A stretch of DNA of 28,171 nucleotides, taken from Candidatus Latescibacterota bacterium. Its GTDB lineage: Bacteria > Latescibacterota > UBA2968 > UBA8231. Made by a program: the position numbers and the translations under genes. The notes below the pieces were generated by a model. The model was not told where the DNA came from. It saw nothing but the letters and a program-made list of their open reading frames with translations, and did not search any database. Below, one piece after another: positions 1 to 10,932 of the stretch (positions within the stretch are counted from its first letter, which is position 1; every line of letters begins with the position of its first letter). The stretch lies in contig CBDBIJ010000085.1 in NCBI GenBank assembly GCA_965205655.1, forward strand, positions 1-28,171, in the 5' to 3' direction.

Positions 1-84
1 AATTGATCGGTCAACACGCTAGGCGTTTTGATTGGGTGATATGAGGTTGCCAGATCCTCAACCGCGCAAAGGGAGACGACGAGG

Positions 85-1176
85 ATGATCGCGAGAGGTG
101 TTCTGAGGGCGGGACTAACTTGCGTTGCGGTTTTGTTCGGCGAGGCGGAGATCGCCGCCGCGCAGGGGCGGGCGCCAGTGCCGGGTGGCGTGTACGACAA
201 GCCCTATATCCAGCGAGCTGGAAGCGGGACAGCGCTTGGGGGCTACATGGACCACGAGCTGTTCTGGAACGAGCGCAAGAAGACCTTCGACCAGCACCGC
301 TTCATTCCTTTCATCTATGGAGAGGTGAGCGACCGCATTCACGTGACTGCCGAGATCGAGTTCGAGCACGGCGGGCTTGTCACAGGATCTGGTGAATCGG
401 ACGGCGAGGTGAAACTGGAATTCGCCACGGTCGACATCGCCTTCAGTGAAGGCTTCAACTACCGGGGCGGGGTCATCCTCTCACCCCTCGGGCGCTTCAA
501 CCTCATTCACGACAGTCCTCTCAACGATTTGACCAACAGGCCTCTGGTGGCGACGGAAATCATCCCCACGACACTGAGTGAATCCGGGATGGGCTTCCAC
601 GGGGTGCTCTATCCGACGGAGGCGGCGCTCCTGGGTTATGAGATCTACGCCGTCAACGGCTTCAACGAGGCCACCGCGGGCGGCATCCGCTCGGGACGCG
701 GGAGCCAAAGGAGCGACAACAATGACGAGAAATCGCTCGTAGGGCGGATCAACTACAGCCCGGCGATCGGGATTGACGTCGGCGGATCGTTCCACTGGGG
801 AGCATACGACGATGCGGGTGACGAAACGCTGACAATACTCGCCCTTGACGGAAGCTGGAACCGCGGCCCTTTCGATGTGAAGGCCGAATTGGCGACGGCG
901 TCAATCGACGGCACTGACGCCGATAGCCGATTCGGATACTACGCCCAGGTCGGCTATCACTTACTGCCGGGGTTCCCGAGCCAGTTTCCGAACTCCATCG
1001 TCACGGTGAGCCTGCGCTACGACTTCATCGATCTCGACGTGCGCGACGAGACGCGCTACACCTTCGGCCTGAACTGGCGTCCCGAGGAGGAGACGGCGGT
1101 AAAGCTGGACTGGGAAATCTACGATCGGGACGAAGACAGCAATGGGCTCATCCTGTCGGTGGCATCGTATTTCTGA
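85..1176 (+). CDS. Outer-membrane beta-barrel porin (OprO/OprP-like phosphate-selective porin superfamily)
   Basis: Signal peptide (..AEIAAAQ), alternating amphipathic beta-strands, EIEFEHG motif, C-terminal aromatic ..VASYF; GAGG just upstream of the ATG. Confidence 0.75.
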   Translation: MIARGVLRAGLTCVAVLFGEAEIAAAQGRAPVPGGVYDKPYIQRAGSGTALGGYMDHELFWNERKKTFDQHRFIPFIYGEVSDRIHVTAEIEFEHGGLVTGSGESDGEVKLEFATVDIAFSEGFNYRGGVILSPLGRFNLIHDSPLNDLTNRPLVATEIIPTTLSESGMGFHGVLYPTEAALLGYEIYAVNGFNEATAGGIRSGRGSQRSDNNDEKSLVGRINYSPAIGIDVGGSFHWGAYDDAGDETLTILALDGSWNRGPFDVKAELATASIDGTDADSRFGYYAQVGYHLLPGFPSQFPNSIVTVSLRYDFIDLDVRDETRYTFGLNWRPEEETAVKLDWEIYDRDEDSNGLILSVASYF

Positions 1177-1861
1177 CCTCTCCGCGCGACTCGCCATCAC
1201 CGCCCTCCTGTTGTCCGCTTCCGCCCGCGGGGTGGCGGTGGCGGCGGGTGATTCGGGCAAGTCCGCGTCGGCGGCGGATTCGGCACCTGCAGCGAAGGTC
1301 GAGAGAGCTGCCGACACCGAGAGTCCCGAGGGACTTTTGAGTTCAATCCAGGTCTACCTCACACCGGAGGAAGCCCGGCGCAGGATTTTCCCGGAGGCGA
1401 GCGCCTTCGACCGGGATGTGCGGCAGGTTCCCGCCACGGTCAAAGCCGAACTGAAAAGGAAACTCGGAGGCGAGGTGTCGGAGGACAGTCTCGATGTCTG
1501 GCTCGCCTACGAAGGCGGCGGGAGCCTGTTGGGATACGCAGTCACGGCCGAGGAAATCGGTAAGTACCGGCCCATCACCTTCATGGTGGGGATCGACCGC
1601 GGTTTTCGCGTCGTCGGAGCGGCGGTGCTCGTATACCGCGAGAGCCGCGGGGGCGAGGTGCGTCGATCGAGGTTTCTGCGCCAATACCGGGGCAAGTCAT
1701 CGCGAGACCCCATCCGCATCAACAGGGACATCGTCAACATCACCGGAGCGACCCTGTCGGTGCGGGCGCTCAACTTCGGCGTCAGGAAGCTGGTCTCGCT
1801 CACCGAGTTGCTCTACGGTGGCAGGGCGCTCCCAGAGCCGAACTCCGCCGATCGGGGGTAG
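1142..1861 (+). CDS. Exported FMN-binding domain protein (RnfG/NqrC/NosR-type FMN_bind)
   Basis: Signal-peptide-like N-terminus; GKYRPITFMVGID, YRESRGGEV..FL.QY.GK and the ITGATLS flavinylation motif ([S/T]GA[S/T]). Start uncertain because it overlaps the porin 3' end. Confidence 0.85.
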   Translation: MGSSCRWHRISDLSARLAITALLLSASARGVAVAAGDSGKSASAADSAPAAKVERAADTESPEGLLSSIQVYLTPEEARRRIFPEASAFDRDVRQVPATVKAELKRKLGGEVSEDSLDVWLAYEGGGSLLGYAVTAEEIGKYRPITFMVGIDRGFRVVGAAVLVYRESRGGEVRRSRFLRQYRGKSSRDPIRINRDIVNITGATLSVRALNFGVRKLVSLTELLYGGRALPEPNSADRG

Positions 1862-1897
1862 TGCCGGCGTAGTGTCACCAGCCTATCTTTGTCACTG

Positions 1898-2398
1898 ATG
1901 AAGTACTTCACCAATACATCGCAGCTCGCCCGCATGGACATGAACACGAAGCTGATCATGAGCTACTTCCTCGTGTTCATGCTCCTCGCCACCGGATTCT
2001 CCATCTTCATGTCGTTCCAGCGCACCCGTCTCGAGCCAGCCGCTGCCGCCGAATACTACAGGGGGAGCGACGAGAGACTGCTGTTTCCGAAGGAGGCGAC
2101 GGAGCTCATAGAGACGACCCACTTCCACATCTACATAATGCCCCTCGTGTTCGTGACCACAGGTCACCTCTTTCTGCTCAGCGCCTGGAACCGCACCTGG
2201 AAGACCGTGGTCATAACGGGTGGTTTCATCTACATCCTGCTCGACATCGCAAAACCGTGGCTCATCCGCTATGTCGATGCCGGGTTCGGTGCGCTGGCGC
2301 CGATAAACTCCGCACTGTTGGCACTGACCATGTTGCTGTGCATTGTCGTACCGCTTTACGAAATGTGGTTTCTGCGGCCGCCACGCAGTCCTCTCTGA
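1898..2398 (+). CDS. Integral membrane protein (about 4 TM) with His residues (THFH, GHL), possibly heme/metal binding
   Basis: Four hydrophobic stretches; ATG at 1898 in the 1889..2398 ORF; operonic with the FMN-binding gene. Confidence 0.7.
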   Translation: MKYFTNTSQLARMDMNTKLIMSYFLVFMLLATGFSIFMSFQRTRLEPAAAAEYYRGSDERLLFPKEATELIETTHFHIYIMPLVFVTTGHLFLLSAWNRTWKTVVITGGFIYILLDIAKPWLIRYVDAGFGALAPINSALLALTMLLCIVVPLYEMWFLRPPRSPL

Positions 2399-2405
2399 GA
2401 CCGAC

Positions 2406-3311
2406 ATGAAGATCTCCATCCCGCTCGCCGCCATCGCTTCATACTCAATCGCCGCCGCCGGCGCATCGGATTTCTACGACCACTGGTCGGACGGCAAGGC
2501 GGAGCTCTCCAGCTACCGGATCGTGCAGACCCGCTACGGCGAGCAGCGACAGGCGCACGGGGTGCTCGTCTTCGTCACCGAGGACATCAATCGAAAAACG
2601 CTGATCAAGGTGGAGTCAGCGCAGCCGGCATCAGACAGGCTCCATGTGCTCAAGCTCAACAACGTGCTGAAGTTCAAGACGGGGATCTACGACTACTCCG
2701 TCATGACCTCGGCGTTCAGCGCCGTGGAGGGCGGGGAGGACAGTCAATCCCCGTTCGAGCTGCAGAAACTGACCTTCAGCTCACAGGAATGGTGCGGTCA
2801 CGTATACGAGGAAGTGAGGTTTTCTCAAGGCGAGTTGCACGGAGATCTCAGCAGTTACTTCGAGCGGGAGGGACGTCAGAGCTACGAGCTCGCTACAGCG
2901 GCGCCATTCGAGAGCGAAGACCACCTCCTCATCCGCATCCGCGAGCTCAAGGCCCCGATAATGGAGTCGGGTCAGGTACGGCGCATCACACTCTTTCCCG
3001 CCCTATGGCACTTCCGCACCGCCCACCGCGCCCGCGAGCTCGTCGAAGCCAGCCTCGCCAAGGGGCACGGCGAAGAAGTCGACATTATGGTAGAAGGGCG
3101 GTTGGCATCGGCTCGGGCTATTCCCTGGACCTGGCAGTACGATGACCGCAGCAAGACGGTGTGGGTAGAGGAGGAGTACCCGCACCGGATTCTGGCCTGG
3201 AAGGAGTCGAACGGTGACAGCGGGGAGCTGATATCGACTATCAGGGTGCCTTATTGGAAGCTCCACGGGGGCACAGACGAAGTGTATCGGGATCAACTGG
3301 GGCTTCCATAG
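2406..3311 (+). CDS. Secreted conserved hypothetical protein
   Basis: ATG at 2406 gives signal peptide MKISIPLAAIASYSIAAAGA; conserved-looking motifs W.DGKAELSSY, FVTED, TGIYDYSVM, QEWCGH. Confidence 0.7.
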   Translation: MKISIPLAAIASYSIAAAGASDFYDHWSDGKAELSSYRIVQTRYGEQRQAHGVLVFVTEDINRKTLIKVESAQPASDRLHVLKLNNVLKFKTGIYDYSVMTSAFSAVEGGEDSQSPFELQKLTFSSQEWCGHVYEEVRFSQGELHGDLSSYFEREGRQSYELATAAPFESEDHLLIRIRELKAPIMESGQVRRITLFPALWHFRTAHRARELVEASLAKGHGEEVDIMVEGRLASARAIPWTWQYDDRSKTVWVEEEYPHRILAWKESNGDSGELISTIRVPYWKLHGGTDEVYRDQLGLP

Positions 3312-3456
3312 GGCGCTCCGACATACGCTACCTGTATCACCATTGATCAGCTAGTCTGTTTGGCATCAATGCCCGTTTCCGCCAAATTGCCGGTCTCAAC
3401 TGAGTGTGCTAATTTTCAGCTCGGAATTCTCGAAGCTTCGATAGTGCGCAAATGAG

Positions 3457-4563
3457 ATGATCGAATACGACGGATACAAAATTGCCGATCCCGACAGTCT
3501 CGAAACTCCCTCGATGGTGGTCTTCGAGTCGGCGCTGGATCACAACATCGCCACTACGTGCGATATGGCCGGCGGGGCCGGCAACCTGATGGTCCACGTG
3601 AAGACGCATAAGTCGGATGCGGTGACGCGCAAGCTGATAGAGGCCGGCGTGGCCGGCGTCAAGTGCGCCACCATCAGGGAGGCGGAGATGGCTTTGACCG
3701 AAGGTGTCACGGAAGTGGTTCTGTCTTATCCGCTGACGCAGCGGAGCAAGATCGAACGCCTCTGCGACCTCGCCACGAACCACGGCAACGCCAGGCTCTA
3801 TGCCATCGCCAGTACGCCGACGCACGTGGAGTCGCTGTCTCAGGTGGCCGCCGCGCGCTCCATGAACCTCGAGGTGATGGTCGATCTCGACATGGGCATG
3901 CAGCGGACAGGAGCGAGTCTCGAGGACGCTCTCGAACTCTACAGGTCGATCGATTCGCACAATTCGCTCACTGCAGCCGGTCTCCACGCATACGACGGGC
4001 ACGAACACTTCAATGAGGCTGAGGAACGACGGACAACGGCGCAGGGACACATCGACGACATCAACGCGCTCAAGGCGAGGATCGAAGGAGCCGGTATGAG
4101 CGTGAGCCGAATCGTGGCCGGCTGTTCCTTCACATTCGAGCACTATGCCAGAGCCGATGGCATGTTCGGCTCACCGGGAACGTCGACGTATTGGGATACT
4201 GGCTACAGCAGCACGTATCCTGGCGCCAAATTCAGGTACGCCGCCCTTGTCCTGGCGCAGGTCGTCGACCGCTATCCCGGCCAGAGGAGAATGACGACGG
4301 ATCTGGGCGCCAAGGCCATCAGCGCCGATCCGTCCCTCGAGAAGCGGGCGACGCTGCTTGGCATCGATGCTCAGCTGGTGCTGCAGAACGAGGAGCACGG
4401 CGTCTTTAGCTGCGCGAGCGAGCCCCCGGAGGTGGGGAGCTATCTGCTGGCCGTCCCCGGCCACGTCTGCATGACGACGATGCGCTACCCGGGAAGCTAC
4501 GTCGTCGACGAAGAGGGAGAGGTCGTCGATTTCTATCCGCACACGGCAAGGGACCGCCGGTAG
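3457..4563 (+). CDS. PLP-dependent D-serine dehydratase / D-threonine aldolase family enzyme (alanine racemase-like barrel)
   Basis: TP motif at the N-terminus, HVKTHK (PLP lysine), GLHAYDGH, SPG, DLGAKAIS, NEEHG, PGHVC. Confidence 0.9.
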   Translation: MIEYDGYKIADPDSLETPSMVVFESALDHNIATTCDMAGGAGNLMVHVKTHKSDAVTRKLIEAGVAGVKCATIREAEMALTEGVTEVVLSYPLTQRSKIERLCDLATNHGNARLYAIASTPTHVESLSQVAAARSMNLEVMVDLDMGMQRTGASLEDALELYRSIDSHNSLTAAGLHAYDGHEHFNEAEERRTTAQGHIDDINALKARIEGAGMSVSRIVAGCSFTFEHYARADGMFGSPGTSTYWDTGYSSTYPGAKFRYAALVLAQVVDRYPGQRRMTTDLGAKAISADPSLEKRATLLGIDAQLVLQNEEHGVFSCASEPPEVGSYLLAVPGHVCMTTMRYPGSYVVDEEGEVVDFYPHTARDRR

Positions 4564-4603
4564 CACCGGCAGCCACCGCCGCGGCCGTCGTCCCGCAGCG
4601 TCG

Positions 4604-5275
4604 ATGAACACCGATCTGCCAGGCTCTCCCTTCGACCGCAACTGGCTCGTCCACAAGATCAACAAACGACACATCGAAGCAGCGGTGCGCAGCCACGTGA
4701 GCGGCCGGCTCCTCGATGTGGGATGTGGCCAGCGTCCGTACCGAGACATTCTCGCACAGCGCGCCGACTCCTGCACCGGACTGGAGTTCGACCGCGGGCG
4801 CTACGGCTCGGCTCCCCCCGACGTTTGGGGAAGTGGCGTGGCGCTGCCATTCCGCAACGGCTGTTTCGACACCGTGGTTTCGTTTCAGGTGCTCGAGCAC
4901 GTCCCGGAGCCGGCGCAGATGGTGCGAGAGATCTGCCGCGTATTGAACCCAGGCGGCCATCTCGTGCTCACGGCGCCACACATGTGGGGTGTCCACGAAG
5001 AGCCCGAGGATTACTTCAGATTTACCGGGTTCGGACTCGCTCACCTGTCGCGCCAGGCGGGACTGGAGGTCGTCAGCGTGAGCCCGATGGCCGGGTACTG
5101 GGTGACTGCCGGCGCCAGGTTCTGCCACTATCTGCAGCAGTTCGAAAAGATCGGCCTCTCCCTGTTCGTGCGACCGCTCTACGCCATCGTTCAGATCGGC
5201 GCGCTGGCGCTGGATCGATTGCACCGAGTGGAATCGGATGCTTGGAATTTCATGCTCGTCGCTGTGAAGAGATAA
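4604..5275 (+). CDS. Class I SAM-dependent methyltransferase
   Basis: LLDVGCG motif I, LPF..FDTVVSFQVLEHVPEP, RVLNPGG, HEEPEDYFRFT (type often found with polysaccharide genes). Confidence 0.9.
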   Translation: MNTDLPGSPFDRNWLVHKINKRHIEAAVRSHVSGRLLDVGCGQRPYRDILAQRADSCTGLEFDRGRYGSAPPDVWGSGVALPFRNGCFDTVVSFQVLEHVPEPAQMVREICRVLNPGGHLVLTAPHMWGVHEEPEDYFRFTGFGLAHLSRQAGLEVVSVSPMAGYWVTAGARFCHYLQQFEKIGLSLFVRPLYAIVQIGALALDRLHRVESDAWNFMLVAVKR

Positions 5276-5323
5276 TCGGGAAAAATAAGATACACCAATT
5301 GGCTGCTAGCGAAGAGATACTAG

Positions 5324-6799
5324 ATGACGATGCGAACCGATGTTAGCGCGGCGTTGCTGCGGCCCGACAACCGCGCGTTGATCGCCGCCGTCTGCGGTGC
5401 CCAGCTCATCGTCGTCGCAATACCGCTCATGTGGTCGATACAGCTGAGCTGGATGGCCAGTGCCGGCGTCGTCCTGCTGGCAGCGATGCTGTTCTCGGCC
5501 AAGCGCACCCTCGCCGTCATGCTCCTGACGACGATTGCGCTGCCGGACCCCGTTTACAAAAGCTTCGTGTTTCCAGTTGGTCTGCGGCTGGCGGAGGTCC
5601 TTTTGATCGCCGCCTTTCTGTTCGTCGTCATCGATGTCTTCTACCGCCGCCAGCTCCAGATAAAGCGGAGCAGCGCCGACGGGCTCGTCCTCGCGTTTCT
5701 CGGGGTCACCGCCGTGTCGGCCGCCATCGGATGGTTCTACGGCCACGACGAGTCGACGATCCTGCGTAACGTTCGGTTTCCCCTGTACCACGCCGTGCTG
5801 TTTGTCGTCGTGCAGGCGGTGGATGAACGGGCGGTTGTGAGGATCTTCACGCCAATCGTCGTGCTGGCCGCAACCATCGTCGCCGCCGGCTATATCCTGG
5901 AGTTTCTCGGCGCGATCGATTTTTCAACCGGCGAGCGCTTCTTCCGTGTGGCGAGAAGACAGGGAATCATGCTACCCGTGGCGCTGTTGCTGCTCGTCAG
6001 CCAACTCCTCTTCGATCCGAAGCGCTACGGAAGGTTCCTGCTGCTGGCCCTGTTCGTGCCGATCGGCCTGGCTCTGGCCCTGACTCTCGGCCGGGCAATG
6101 TGGGTGGCCTTCGCCGTGGGTCTGGTGGCGACGATGTGGTTGCGCTACGGGTCTCGAACCGGTGCGGCGGTCTCACGGGTTCGCGGCAGGCTGTGGCGCG
6201 GCATTCTGCTGGTGGCCCTGACACTGGCCTTCCTCGTGAGCACCGTTCTCCTCTTTCAACGCTTTACCGGCACGGCCATTACAGCACACGCGGTGGAGCG
6301 GTCCCGCACGTTCGTCGACTACGGCCGGGACGTGCAGGTCGTGGGCAGACTCCTCGGCTATTCGGAAGCGCTCGCCGCCATCGGCGAGCACCCCATCCTC
6401 GGGAACGGACAGGGGAAGACCCTCACCTTCTACTCCTTCAGCCCCGACACCGACCGGTTCGAGACCTGGACGTCGTGGACGCTCGACAGCCTTTATCTCA
6501 GTCTGTGGCTGAAGATGGGGCTACCGGGACTGCTCCTGTTCATGTGGCTCTGCCTCCACATCACGCGCCGCGCCCGCACGGCATTCGACGACAGCGACGA
6601 CAATCAGATTCGAGCCTTCGCCGCCGGCATGGTCGCCATCCTCCTGGCGATGCTGACGCTGGGCATCAGCGACGGTTCGATGGTGAACGGTCGCTTCGCC
6701 GCAGTCTTCGGGATTCTCTTCGGCCTCGTGGTAGTGACCGCCGGCGCCGTGGAGACGCCGAGGCGTGGCTCGTCAGCCCCCGCCGCTGTGGGGAGGTGA
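5324..6799 (+). CDS. O-antigen ligase/polymerase family membrane protein (Wzy_C)
   Basis: About 12 TM segments; LTLGRAMWV, R...EALAAIGEHPILGNG.G, DSLYLSLWLKMGLPG motifs. Confidence 0.8.
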   Translation: MTMRTDVSAALLRPDNRALIAAVCGAQLIVVAIPLMWSIQLSWMASAGVVLLAAMLFSAKRTLAVMLLTTIALPDPVYKSFVFPVGLRLAEVLLIAAFLFVVIDVFYRRQLQIKRSSADGLVLAFLGVTAVSAAIGWFYGHDESTILRNVRFPLYHAVLFVVVQAVDERAVVRIFTPIVVLAATIVAAGYILEFLGAIDFSTGERFFRVARRQGIMLPVALLLLVSQLLFDPKRYGRFLLLALFVPIGLALALTLGRAMWVAFAVGLVATMWLRYGSRTGAAVSRVRGRLWRGILLVALTLAFLVSTVLLFQRFTGTAITAHAVERSRTFVDYGRDVQVVGRLLGYSEALAAIGEHPILGNGQGKTLTFYSFSPDTDRFETWTSWTLDSLYLSLWLKMGLPGLLLFMWLCLHITRRARTAFDDSDDNQIRAFAAGMVAILLAMLTLGISDGSMVNGRFAAVFGILFGLVVVTAGAVETPRRGSSAPAAVGR

Positions 6800-6804
6800 G
6801 GACA

Positions 6805-8005
6805 ATGCTCGTACTCGAACAGATCGCGCGCCAGGAAACGCGGCGAATCGTCGGGCTCATGAGCGGCACGTCGGCTGACGCAATCGATGCCGTGCTCATC
6901 GACATCACCGGCTCCGGGGAGTCGACGCAGTTCGACGTGCTGGCCCACACGACGACGCAACTCGACGCCGACCTTCAAAGCGACCTGTTTCAGCTGTTTC
7001 TTCCGGACGCGCTCGTCGACGATCTCTGCCGGGTAAATTTTCTGTTCGGCCAGGCGCTGGCGGAGGCGGCCCTGGCCGCTATTGCCGAGGCCGGCCTGGA
7101 GCCGGAGACGGTGGACCTCATCGGATCGCACGGCCAGACGGTGCGCCATATGCCCGGGGCGGAACCGCCCTCTACGCTGCAAATCGGCGACCCCTCCGTC
7201 ATCGCCAATGCTACCGGCATCACGACGGTCGCCGATTTTCGGCCTGCGGACATGGCCGTCGGTGGCGAAGGAGCGCCCCTGGTGCCGCTCGTCGACTATC
7301 TGCTGTTCGCGCATGCGAATCGGGGTCGCCTCATGCTGAACATCGGCGGCATTGCCAACGTGACGGTGCTGCCCGCCGATGCGGAGCTGGAGGCTGTGTC
7401 CGCCTTCGATCTGGGTCCGGGAAACATGCTCCTGGACGGCGCCGTGTCCTTTCTCACCGGGGGATCCGAGCGCTTCGATCGGGACGGTCGGCGGGCGCTG
7501 GCCGGCACCGCAGACGAAGCGTGGGTGGCGCGGCTCATGAAGCACGAATTCGTACGGAGGCAGCCGCCCAAGTCGACTGGTCGTGAGGAGTTTGGCACGG
7601 CCTACCTCGCCGAGCTTATCGCAGAGATGGAACTTTCCGCGGATGATCTGCTCGCCACGTTGACAGCCTTTACGGCGGGCGCAATCGTATACGGCATCCA
7701 GAATTTTCGTGGAGGCGCCGGTGGAGGAGTTGTGGGTCAGCGGCGGCGGCGTTCACAACGCCTGTCTCATGCAACTGCTGGGGAAGGCGTTGCCGCAGAC
7801 GAGGGTGAGTCCCATCGATGCGCTCGGCGTCTCGGCTGACGCCAAGGAAGCGCTCTGTTTCGCGGTCCTGGCAAACGAGACGGCGCTCGGCCAATGTGGC
7901 AACCTACCGGGGGCGACGGGGGCGCGCCGTCCCGCGATTCTAGGTGTGATTGCGCCGGCGAACGCCGCCGGGGAGCCGGAAAAACGTGAGGAATCGACCA
8001 CATGA
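6805..8005 (+). CDS. anmK: Anhydro-N-acetylmuramic acid kinase, frameshifted at about 7704-7707
   Basis: GLMSGTSADAID, IGSHGQTV, DFRPADMAVGGEGAPLVP, NIGGIAN, PPKSTGRE; C-terminal VSGGGVHN and KEALCFAVLA are in another frame. Removing one T from TTTT at 7704-7707 restores one ORF. Confidence 0.92.
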
Positions 8006-10915
8006 AGACACACGACTTCGAACTCGTTGACAAGCGCGAGTTAGCCGAGCTGAACTCCAGCGGCGAGCTCTATCGGCACCGCACCGGAGCACAGCTGCTG
8101 TCACTGGTCAACGACGACGAGAACAAGGTGTTCGGCATCAGCTTCAAGACGCCGCCGTCCGATTCCACCGGCATTGCCCACATCCTCGAACACTCGGTGC
8201 TGTGCGGGTCGGCCAAATACCCGGTGAAGGAGCCGTTCGTCGAGCTTCTCAAGGGCTCGCTCAAGACCTTCCTCAACGCCTTCACCTATCCGGACCGGAC
8301 GTGCTATCCGGTGGCGAGCCAGAATGTCCAGGATTTCTACAACCTGGGTGGATGTCTACCTCGACGCCGTCTTCCACCCGCGCCTGACGCCTCAGGTTCT
8401 ACAGCAGGAGGGATGGCACTTCGAACTCGAGCGGGATGATGGTGATCTGGCGTACAAAGGTGTCGTGTTCAATGAGATGAAAGGGGCGTACTCCTCACCC
8501 GACTCGGTGATGATGGAGTTCATCCAGCAGTCGCTGTTTCCCGACAACACCTACGGCTTCGACTCGGGAGGCAATCCCGCGGAAATTCCGAACCTGACGT
8601 GGGAGCAGTTCGAAGCCTTTCACCGAACGCTCTACCACCCTGCGAACGCCCGCATCTACTTCTGCGGCGACGACGATCCGCAGAAGCGGTTCGAGCTCCT
8701 GGAGGAGTACCTCGGAGAGTATACAGCTCAGCAGGTGGACGCCTCCATCGCCATACAACCCCGCTTCGAGGCGCCGAGGAAGTGGGACAAGACATATGCC
8801 GCAGGGGATGACGCCCCGCAGGGCAACAAGAGCATGGTGGCGGTGAACTGGCTGCTCGACGAGGAGATCGATACGGACACGGGTCTGGCATTGCAAATCC
8901 TCGACTACATCCTCACGGGAACGCCGGCAGCGCCGCTGCGCAAAGCCCTCATCGACTCGGGGCTGGGAGAGGACCTGGCCGGCTGCGGCATGGAAGCGGA
9001 GCTCAAACAGTACTTCTACTCCACCGGCCTGAAGGGGGTGGCGGCCGGCAACGAGGAGTCGGTGGAGGACCTCGTCGTCACCGCGCTGAAAGGACTAGCG
9101 GAAAGCGGCATCGATCCGGACACGATCGCCGCGGCGCTGAACACGACCGAATTCCGCCTGAGGGAGAACAACACCGGATCCTATCCGCGTGGACTCATTC
9201 TCATGCTGCGGGCTCTGACGAACTGGCTCTACGGTCGGGACCCTTTCGACGCCCTGTCCTTTGAGCGTTCCCTGCAAAGCGTTAAAGATCGCGTTGCCGC
9301 CGGCGATGGTTACTTCGAAGAGCTGATTCGTCACCACATCCTCGACAACCCCCATCGCACGACCGTCTTCCTCAGACCTGACACCGAGCAGGCCCGGTGG
9401 GAGGAGGAGGCGGAAAGGGGGCGTCTCGAGACGGCGCGCACCAGCATGACGCCGGCCGACCTCGACGCCATCATCACTCAAACAGAGGAGCTGAGGAGGA
9501 GTCAGGAGACGCCCGATTCAGCTGAAGCCCTGGCGACGCTACCGCGTCTGAAGCTCAGCGATTTGGACCCGGAGATCCGCCGAATTCCGAGCGAAACGAG
9601 CCTGCAGCACGGATCGACCGTCTACTATCACGACCTGTTCACCAACGGCATCGTCTATGCCGACGTGGGATTCGATCTGCGCGCACTGCCTCAGGAGCTG
9701 CTGCCGTACCTGCCTTTGTTCGGGCGGGCGCTCCTCGAGATCGGCACTGAAAAGGAGGACTTCGTCAAGCTCACGCAGCGGATCGGATCGCGCACCGGCG
9801 GCATCTGGCCGCACGCATTCGTGTCGTCGCAACGCGGCAACCCGGCGGCGGTGGCTCGCTTCTTTCTGCGGGGCAAGGCCATGGTCGACCAAGTCGATGA
9901 GATGCTCGGCATCATGCAGGAAGTGCTGCTTATGGTGAAGCTGGACAACAAGGAGCGTTTTCTGCAGATGGCCCTCGAGGAGAAGGCCGGGGAAGAGGCG
10001 GGTCTGGTTCCCGGCGGCCATGCAGTCGTTTCGCTGCGGCTGCGGTCGCAGTTCGACGAGGCGGCGTGGATTTCGGAGCAGATGGAAGGAGTGAGCTACC
10101 TATTCTTTCTGCGCCAGCTGGTGGAGGAGATAGAGCGGGATTGGGATGGCGTTCTGTCGAAGCTGGAGGAGGTTCGCCGCCTGCTGGTGAACGGCAACAC
10201 GCTGCTGTGCAATCTCACCCTGGCGGAAAAGGACCGCGCTGCAACCGAGCCGCTTCTGAACCAGCTGATCGCCTCGCTGCCCGCAGCCCCGCTTCCCCAG
10301 GGCACCTGGGAGCCTCGCTACGATCCCGGAAACGAGGGACTCGTCATTCCCGCTGCTATCAACTACGTCGCCAAGGCGACGAACATCTACGATCTCGGCT
10401 ACGAGTTCAGCGGCTCGGTGGGGGTCATCACTCGCTACCTGCGCAACACCTGGCTCTGGGACCGGGTGCGGGTGCAGGGCGGCGCTTATGGTGCGTTCTG
10501 CTCATTCGACCAGTTTTCGGGCGTGCTCTCCTTCGCTTCGTACCGGGATCCGAATCTGGAGTCGACTCTCGATGTCTACGACAACGCCGCCGGTTTCCTG
10601 GCGGATCTGGAGCTGAGCGACGACGAGCTGACGAAGGCCATCATCGGCACGATCGGCGAGCTCGACTCGTATCAGCTGCCCGACGCAAAGGGCACCACGT
10701 CGCTGGTGCGCCAGCTTACCGGCGTGACCGACGAATTCCGCCAGGAGATACGGGATGCCGTCCTCGAAACGACGGCGGCCGACTTCAGGAGTTTCGCTCA
10801 GGTTCTGGAGCGCGCGAAAGAGGCGGGAAACGTCGTGGTGATGGGCGGGCGGGAGACTCTGCAGAAAGCGAGGCTCGAACCGAAAGGGGCGCTGAAACTC
10901 ACCGCTGTGCTGTGA
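8002..10915 (+). CDS. M16C insulinase-family metallopeptidase (presequence protease PreP/Cym1-like), frameshifted at about 8346-8348
   Basis: HILEH zinc motif, LNAFTYPDRTCYPVAS, GVVFNEMKG, RVQGGAYG, SYRDPN. Removing one G from GGG at 8346-8348 gives DFYNLVDVYLDAVF. Confidence 0.92.
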
Positions 10916-10932
10916 GCCGGCCAAAGCCGTCT

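Noticed and set aside
1..84. Possible Fur-like operator or TGAGG/CCTCA inverted repeat upstream of the porin
   Set aside because: Arms of only 5 bp and a poor match to any consensus I can name.
6100..6804. N-terminal extension of the 579-aa ORF containing anmK
   Set aside because: It overlaps the O-antigen ligase gene; AnmK homology and a GAGGA RBS start at ATG 6805.
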